61,218 bases of DNA from Candidatus Izemoplasmatales bacterium (lineage in GTDB: Bacteria; Bacillota_I; Bacilli_A; Izemoplasmatales; Hujiaoplasmataceae), in the NCBI GenBank assembly GCA_032251215.1, contig JAVVFA010000001.1:1-61218 (forward strand), in the 5' to 3' direction. Positions 55,978 to 61,218 of the stretch are shown one piece after another. A model generated the notes under the pieces. It was not told where the DNA came from. It did not search any database and saw nothing but the letters and a program-made list of their open reading frames with translations. Position 1 is the first letter of the stretch; each line of letters begins with the position of its first letter. Position numbers and translations under genes: made by a program.

Positions 55978-57473
55978 ATTAAATCACCTTCGTATTTTTC
56001 CCAATTTTCTTTATCAACGATTTGTACATAATCGATATCGGTATCATTGTCAATATCGCTTTGTAAAGAACCGCTTTTTTGTTTATAAAACTTAATGTCT
56101 TTAACCACGTCTTCAGTTATAACTTCTCCAGGGATGATAATTGGAATCCCTGGTGGATAGATCATAATTGATTCAGCGGAGATTTCATCGATTGCATCTT
56201 CTAATTTAACTAAATTTTTTGGTGCGTGATAAGCGTCACGCGGTCTAGCATAAGTATCTGGGAATTGATATCTAAATTCAATTTTTGGTAATTTGTCTTT
56301 TAATTTATAATATTTTTCCGCTAACTTTTTAAAAGCTAAGACTAATCTTTCTAAGTCTTGTTTATTAGTACCAATAGTTAAAACGCATAAAACGATATGC
56401 GATTCAGCTAGTTCAAGTTGAATGTTATAATTCTTCTTCATCATTTGATAAATATCAAAACCTGAGATTCCGAGTTCGCTAACTTTTACCATCAATTTGG
56501 TTTCATCATAGTCAAAGCAGCCATGGTCTAGCAGATATTCTTTATCGATAACGGTTAAGCCAGGAATAGTTTTAATCTTTTCTCTAGCTATCTTTGCTAG
56601 TTTTAAAATGTTGTTTATTTTGGTTTTACCTTGGAAATACATTGTTTTTCTCGCAACGTCTAAACTCGCCATTAAAAGCGAACTTGGGGATGTTGATTGT
56701 AGCATATTTAACGTCGCTCTTAAGCGTTGATGATCAATTCTTTCACCTTTAGTGAGGATGATAGAACTTTGCGTTAAACTACCAGCGGTTTTATGCATGG
56801 AGGTAGCACTGATGTCAGCGCTAGCTTCCATAGCAGAAAGCGGTAGCTTTTGTGAAAAGTAGAACTGTGCTCCATGGGCTTCATCCACCATAACAATCAT
56901 GTTATGCTCGTGAGCGTAATCGGTTATTTTTTGGATATCGGAGACTACTCCGAAATATGTTGGATTAATGACGAAGATTGCTTTAGCTTCAGGATTTTCG
57001 TCAATTGCTTTTTTAACGGCTTCAAAACTCACATCATTAGCGATACCGACATATTCATCAATGTTTGGTTTGACAAAGACTGGCATCGCCCCTGAGAGGA
57101 TAAGACCGTTGATTACTGATTTATGAACATTTCTTGGCAAGATGATTTTGTCGTTTGCTTTACAAACGCTCATAACCATAGCGAGGATTCCTGTGGTAGT
57201 GCCGTTTGTTAAAAAGTAGGATTTGTCAGCGCCCATGGCTTCAGCCATTAATTTTTGAGCTTCATTAATTACTCCTGTAGGGTAATTTAAATGATCAAGT
57301 CCCACTGGTGAATTGGCATCAAGTAAATACATTTTCTTACCAACGAATTTTTGTAAGTCATTTTCGATTCTTCCGAGCTTGTGCCCAGGCACATCAAAAG
57401 GTGCCACATGGCTCATTCCATATTCTTTAAGTTTAGTAAAAAATGGAGTTTGATTTTGATTTGGATTTCTCAT
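55974..57473 (-). CDS. speA: Arginine decarboxylase (Orn/Lys/Arg decarboxylase family, SpeA-type of Firmicutes)
   Basis: Start at 57473 (ATG 7 nt after GAAAGGG); the ORF-track start 57521 is upstream of the RBS. 499 aa. FDVPGHK and PLP-Lys SMHKTAGSLTQ. Confidence 0.8.
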   Translation of the reverse strand: MRNPNQNQTPFFTKLKEYGMSHVAPFDVPGHKLGRIENDLQKFVGKKMYLLDANSPVGLDHLNYPTGVINEAQKLMAEAMGADKSYFLTNGTTTGILAMVMSVCKANDKIILPRNVHKSVINGLILSGAMPVFVKPNIDEYVGIANDVSFEAVKKAIDENPEAKAIFVINPTYFGVVSDIQKITDYAHEHNMIVMVDEAHGAQFYFSQKLPLSAMEASADISATSMHKTAGSLTQSSIILTKGERIDHQRLRATLNMLQSTSPSSLLMASLDVARKTMYFQGKTKINNILKLAKIAREKIKTIPGLTVIDKEYLLDHGCFDYDETKLMVKVSELGISGFDIYQMMKKNYNIQLELAESHIVLCVLTIGTNKQDLERLVLAFKKLAEKYYKLKDKLPKIEFRYQFPDTYARPRDAYHAPKNLVKLEDAIDEISAESIMIYPPGIPIIIPGEVITEDVVKDIKFYKQKSGSLQSDIDNDTDIDYVQIVDKENWEKYEGDLI

Positions 57474-57670
57474 TAAGCATCCCTTTCTTTTGTTGTGATA
57501 TCTATAGAGAAATAATACCACAAATTAGGTAAAAACAAAAGGAATTTCACTTTGGTTATTTTGGGTTGTCTTAACAAATAAAAAAATTTTTTATTTTAAA
57601 GTTTATTTTGTGAAAGTATATTGATTTAAATTGAAATTTAGATTAAATTATTAATAAGTGAGGATATCTT

Positions 57671-58972
57671 TTGTCAAGAATTAAAGAGTTCCAAGGAAAG
57701 ATGAAACAAAGGACAAAATTTGAAATAATCAAGTCTTTGTTTCAAGCAGTAACTGTCACTGTTGTTGCGGTTGTGGCAGTCACTGTTTTTATACCTAGTA
57801 GTCCCAAAGCTCGCTTTGATGAAGTCAAGGCTTTTTCGCATGAAATCATCTATCAAGTAAGTGTTACTGATCAAGATTTAGTTGTTGAAGATAATCAACT
57901 TAAATTAGTTCTGGAAAGTCAATTTGAAAGAATTGAACAATGGATTTCTATCGGACAAAACTATGGTAGTTTTAGTGAGCTTGATCAAAATACCCAGTAT
58001 TCTTTAAAAGTAGTTTTTGATAAGGGTTTTGGTGAAGAAGTATTAGCTAAAGAGACCGTTACTACAAGTAATGATTTAGTAGCTGCGATATCTAGTATCA
58101 GTATTTCACCTAATTCACTTTATTATGAACCAATTTATGATATTGGCATTAGTTATGGAAACATCGAAAACTACAGCAACTTCCAGATAAGATACGCGAC
58201 AATTTATCAAGATTTTGAACAAGAGATATTTTATGACACTTATGTACTAACAATGCTTGAAAATAACGTCGAAATGCAGTTTTATGATTCCTCACATGTG
58301 GAGTTCGTTATTATTTTGGAAGCGATGTTAGATGGTGAATGGGTTATTTTAGATGAGGTTAGATTTGCGCCACCTTTTAGCGTTGACGCTTATGTATATC
58401 TTTCCAGCTATAATGATTCAGAAGCGCATTTTAATGTTTACGTGGAAGGTTCTAGTAACGTGGAAATCCTTTATCAAATGGAAGTTTATTTGAATGATTA
58501 TTTAGTCAATAAAGTTGATTATATTCCTAGTGCGAATGTGGAACAACATGGCAATGAATTTGTTATATCAGGGTTAAAACCAGATAGTGATTATACATTT
58601 TCGATGAAGGCTTGGTACACAAATCCTGAAACTTTAAGAGAAGAACATGTTCTGATTGGTGAAGCCTTTATTCATACATTGCCTAGTTTTATTTATGAGA
58701 TAGAGGTTGTGGAATATACCACATACTATGAAGTTTTTATAACAACTAATTCGAGTGAACTTAATCAAGCTTTTTATGAGATATATTATTATGAAAGTGA
58801 ATTTTGGTATTATTATCTGGCAGGAACCAGTGCTTTGGTAAGTGATGGAGAAAATTATACAACGAGTTTTATTATTGATAAAGTCATTTTTGAAGAATTT
58901 TATATCGATATCGGTATTGAAAGCAGTGTTAATTATCAAGAAATTAAAATTATTAGAAGAATAGAAAGTTGA
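57671..58972 (+). CDS. Membrane-anchored extracellular protein with repeated beta-sandwich (FN3-like) modules, unknown function
   Basis: 433 aa from TTG 57671 (ATG 57701 possible). One N-terminal TM helix (AVTVTVVAVVAVTVFI), then about four Y/E-rich modules of roughly 90-100 aa (e.g. SGLKPDSDYTFSMKAWY). Confidence 0.6.
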   Translation: MSRIKEFQGKMKQRTKFEIIKSLFQAVTVTVVAVVAVTVFIPSSPKARFDEVKAFSHEIIYQVSVTDQDLVVEDNQLKLVLESQFERIEQWISIGQNYGSFSELDQNTQYSLKVVFDKGFGEEVLAKETVTTSNDLVAAISSISISPNSLYYEPIYDIGISYGNIENYSNFQIRYATIYQDFEQEIFYDTYVLTMLENNVEMQFYDSSHVEFVIILEAMLDGEWVILDEVRFAPPFSVDAYVYLSSYNDSEAHFNVYVEGSSNVEILYQMEVYLNDYLVNKVDYIPSANVEQHGNEFVISGLKPDSDYTFSMKAWYTNPETLREEHVLIGEAFIHTLPSFIYEIEVVEYTTYYEVFITTNSSELNQAFYEIYYYESEFWYYYLAGTSALVSDGENYTTSFIIDKVIFEEFYIDIGIESSVNYQEIKIIRRIES

Positions 58973-58983
58973 GGGGTAAGTTT

Positions 58984-59937
58984 ATGAATTTTAAGGAAAA
59001 GTCTTCAAAAGAAAAAGTACATATTATTGTTGTTATTAGTTTAGTATTTTTATTATTGTTGGTGAGTATTTTAGGACCAATTATTTTTCCTGGGACTGGG
59101 TTCGCTAATATCATCAACAATTCTGTTGGAAAGTTCTTTAATTTGTTTAACTTCTTTAAGAATAACTATGTAATAATTATTGAGTCATTGACGATAATTT
59201 TCTTTATGTGGTTGATCAATAAGTTATTGTTAATATTTGTGAGTTTGTTGAAGATAAAGAGTTTTAGAGGTACGACCATTGCTAATTTGGTTAATAGTTC
59301 AATTAAGTATCTTTCGGTAATAATAGCTTTGTTCCTAATCTTGAGCGCTTGGGGAGTCCAAACGCCAACACTTTTAGCAGGTGCTGGAATTATTGGATTA
59401 GCAATCGGCTTTGGGGCTCAAAGTTTAATTGAAGATATTTTTAGCGGTTTATTCATTATCTTTGAAAAACAGTATTCTTTAGGAGATATCATTCAAATCG
59501 GTGATTTCCGCGGGACTGTAAAAGAGATTTCTTTAAGAGTTACTAAGTTTGAAGATATCAACGGCGATATCAAAATTATTAATAATTCTGATATCAAAGG
59601 CGCGATTAATACGACTTCTTCTTTATCAAAAGCTATTTGTGAAATAGCGATAAGTTATGGAGAAAATTTAGAGAGAGTCGAGAAGATAATTCATGAGAAT
59701 CTTCATGAAATCAAAAACAATATTCCGAAGATTGTGGAAGGTCCTTATTATTTAGGTGTACAGACTTTGGCTGATTCTTCAATTATTTTAAGAGTTATTG
59801 GTATGGTCCATGAAGGCGATCGTTATACTGTTTCAAGAAGTTTAAATCGTGAGATGAAAATTCTTTTTGATAAGAATAAGATTGAAATTCCTTTTCCTCA
59901 ACTTGTTGTTCATAATATAGAAAAAGATAAAAATTAA
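58984..59937 (+). CDS. MscS-family mechanosensitive channel
   Basis: ATG 58984 follows GAGGGG; 317 aa. TM3-type GAGIIGLAIGFGAQSLIEDIFSG motif followed by a beta-domain. Confidence 0.85.
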   Translation: MNFKEKSSKEKVHIIVVISLVFLLLLVSILGPIIFPGTGFANIINNSVGKFFNLFNFFKNNYVIIIESLTIIFFMWLINKLLLIFVSLLKIKSFRGTTIANLVNSSIKYLSVIIALFLILSAWGVQTPTLLAGAGIIGLAIGFGAQSLIEDIFSGLFIIFEKQYSLGDIIQIGDFRGTVKEISLRVTKFEDINGDIKIINNSDIKGAINTTSSLSKAICEIAISYGENLERVEKIIHENLHEIKNNIPKIVEGPYYLGVQTLADSSIILRVIGMVHEGDRYTVSRSLNREMKILFDKNKIEIPFPQLVVHNIEKDKN

Positions 59938-59958
59938 ATAAAAAGTTCAAATGTTTAA

Positions 59959-59988
59959 AATACCTTCATTTACGGAGGTATTTTTTTT
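59959..59988 (+). terminator. Intrinsic terminator after the MscS gene
   Basis: AATACCT / AGGTATT stem followed by T-rich sequence. Confidence 0.6.
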
Positions 59989-60068
59989 AAAAAGTTAGTT
60001 TTTATCGCAAAAAAAATATTCAAATTAAAAGAGTTTATGGTATAGTATTTAATATGGGAGTGATGATT

Positions 60069-61218
60069 ATGAAAAAGTTGGTTGGCAATTTAATGTATGG
60101 GCAATCAGGTGGTCCAACTGCAGTTATTAACTCGAGTGCTTATGGAGTGATAACGGAAGCGAGAAGACAAAGTGAATTCATTAAAGATGTTTATGTTATG
60201 AAACATGGGATTGAAGGAGCTTTAAATGATGATTTAATTAAGATTACTGATCAAGATGGGGAAAATATTGATTTATTAAAATATACTCCAGGATCGGCTT
60301 TTGGTTCTGTTAGACATAAATTACCTGATTATAAGGAAGATGATTCTAAATATGTCAGGTTGCTTTATATGTTTAAGAAATATAATATTCGTTATTTTCT
60401 TTATAACGGTGGCAATGACTCAATGGATACCTGTGCTAAAATAGCTGAATATATGGATACAATTGATTATGATGTAAGAATTATTGGTATACCAAAGACA
60501 ATTGATAATGATTTACCTTTTACTGACCATACTCCAGGTTTTGGTAGTGCTGCCAAGTTTATTGCGAATACGATAATGGAAGTTCATTATGATATGTTAG
60601 CTTATCCTAGCGGTAAGGTAACGATTGTTGAGATTATGGGACGTCATGCTGGATGGTTAACAGCATCAAGTGCTCTAGCTAATCTTGGTGGATTTGGCCC
60701 TGATTTGATATATTTACCGGAAGTACCTTTTTCAATCGAGAAATTTAAGAGTGATGTGAAAGAAGTTTATACTAAAAAGAAACAATGTTTAGTAGCTGTC
60801 AGTGAAGGCGTTATGAATGCGGACGGTGTTTTCATTTCTTCAAGTTCAGGAATGAAAGATGCTTTTGGGCATTTTCAATTAGGTGGTGTAGCATCTAAAC
60901 TTGCATCAACTGTATCTAACGATTTAGGTATTTCTTCCAGATCAGTTGAGTTTGGGTCAACGCAAAGAGCAGCGGCGCATTTACAAAGTTTAACTGATGT
61001 GAATGAAGCTATTCAAGTTGGAGTAGAAGCGGTTAGAGCAGTGTTAAATGGTAAGAGCAATGTGATGGTTGTAATTCATCGAGTGAAAGAAGAACCTTAC
61101 GAAGTAGAATATCATTTTCATGATTTAAGAGCTTGTGCTAATGTTGAAAAGAAGATTCCTGCAGCAATGATTAATAAGGATGGAAATGGCGTTAATAAGG
61201 CTTTTATTGATTATGCTT
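60069..61218 (+). CDS. pfp: 6-phosphofructokinase, probably PPi-dependent (3' end outside window)
   Basis: ATG lies 8 nt after GGGAG and the frame is open to the window end. GQSGGPTAVIN, GGNDS and IPKTIDNDL: Asp in the GGxDS box and Lys in PKTIDND are, by recollection, the PPi-type signature. Confidence 0.8.
   Translation, partial: MKKLVGNLMYGQSGGPTAVINSSAYGVITEARRQSEFIKDVYVMKHGIEGALNDDLIKITDQDGENIDLLKYTPGSAFGSVRHKLPDYKEDDSKYVRLLYMFKKYNIRYFLYNGGNDSMDTCAKIAEYMDTIDYDVRIIGIPKTIDNDLPFTDHTPGFGSAAKFIANTIMEVHYDMLAYPSGKVTIVEIMGRHAGWLTASSALANLGGFGPDLIYLPEVPFSIEKFKSDVKEVYTKKKQCLVAVSEGVMNADGVFISSSSGMKDAFGHFQLGGVASKLASTVSNDLGISSRSVEFGSTQRAAAHLQSLTDVNEAIQVGVEAVRAVLNGKSNVMVVIHRVKEEPYEVEYHFHDLRACANVEKKIPAAMINKDGNGVNKAFIDYA

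Overview
AT-rich (about one-third GC by eye) chromosomal segment of a low-GC Firmicutes/Mollicutes-type organism. TGA, TAA and TAG all act as stops. Lipobox lipoproteins are common, one secreted enzyme is anchored by a C-terminal TM helix rather than LPXTG, and the PFK looks PPi-dependent. I call about 53 intact CDS, one tRNA-Gly(GCC) and three disrupted genes; there is no rRNA, CRISPR, integrase or transposase. Layout: (i) 1-18287 is one co-directional, tightly packed 16-gene purine/urate catabolic supercluster. It holds two xanthine-dehydrogenase-family Mo-hydroxylase sets, an XdhC-type factor, hydantoinase-type and SsnA-type amidohydrolases, a PreA-like flavoenzyme, adenine deaminase, two coupled PLP enzymes, YgeY and YgeW, with guanine deaminase convergent just downstream. 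(ii) 18.3-25.8 kb is housekeeping and miscellaneous (2H phosphoesterase, ExoIII, TraX, Nnr, radical SAM, gamma-CA-like, HD, amidase). (iii) 25.9-34.9 kb is a divergent maltodextrin/starch locus: MalEFG, a GH13 amylase lipoprotein, a small putative glycan-binding lipoprotein and pullulanase, with LacI/CcpA-type operator candidates. (iv) 35.0-43.3 kb is a DeoR-controlled acid-sugar locus that joins a DUF1537 kinase plus PdxA2 tetronate module to a 2-hydroxyacid dehydrogenase, a class II aldolase, an FGGY kinase and a GntP permease. Its three promoter regions share sequence motifs, and the FGGY gene contains a GC-rich mosaic patch. (v) LtaS-like, UPF0316, tRNA-Gly and GalM. (vi) 47.3-49.5 kb is a decayed SipW/TasA-type secretion locus, with multiple frameshifts at homopolymers and two tandem signal-peptidase-like genes that lack catalytic boxes. 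(vii) GyrI-like, DUF975, tdh-kbl, DUF1361, sdaA-speB-speA (convergent), an orphan repeat-domain membrane protein coupled to MscS, and a partial PPi-PFK. The most interesting candidates are the hybrid acid-sugar operon set, the non-canonical PLP pair inside the purine cluster, and the decaying SipW locus. All family calls come from motif recognition by eye and recollection; no database search was run.
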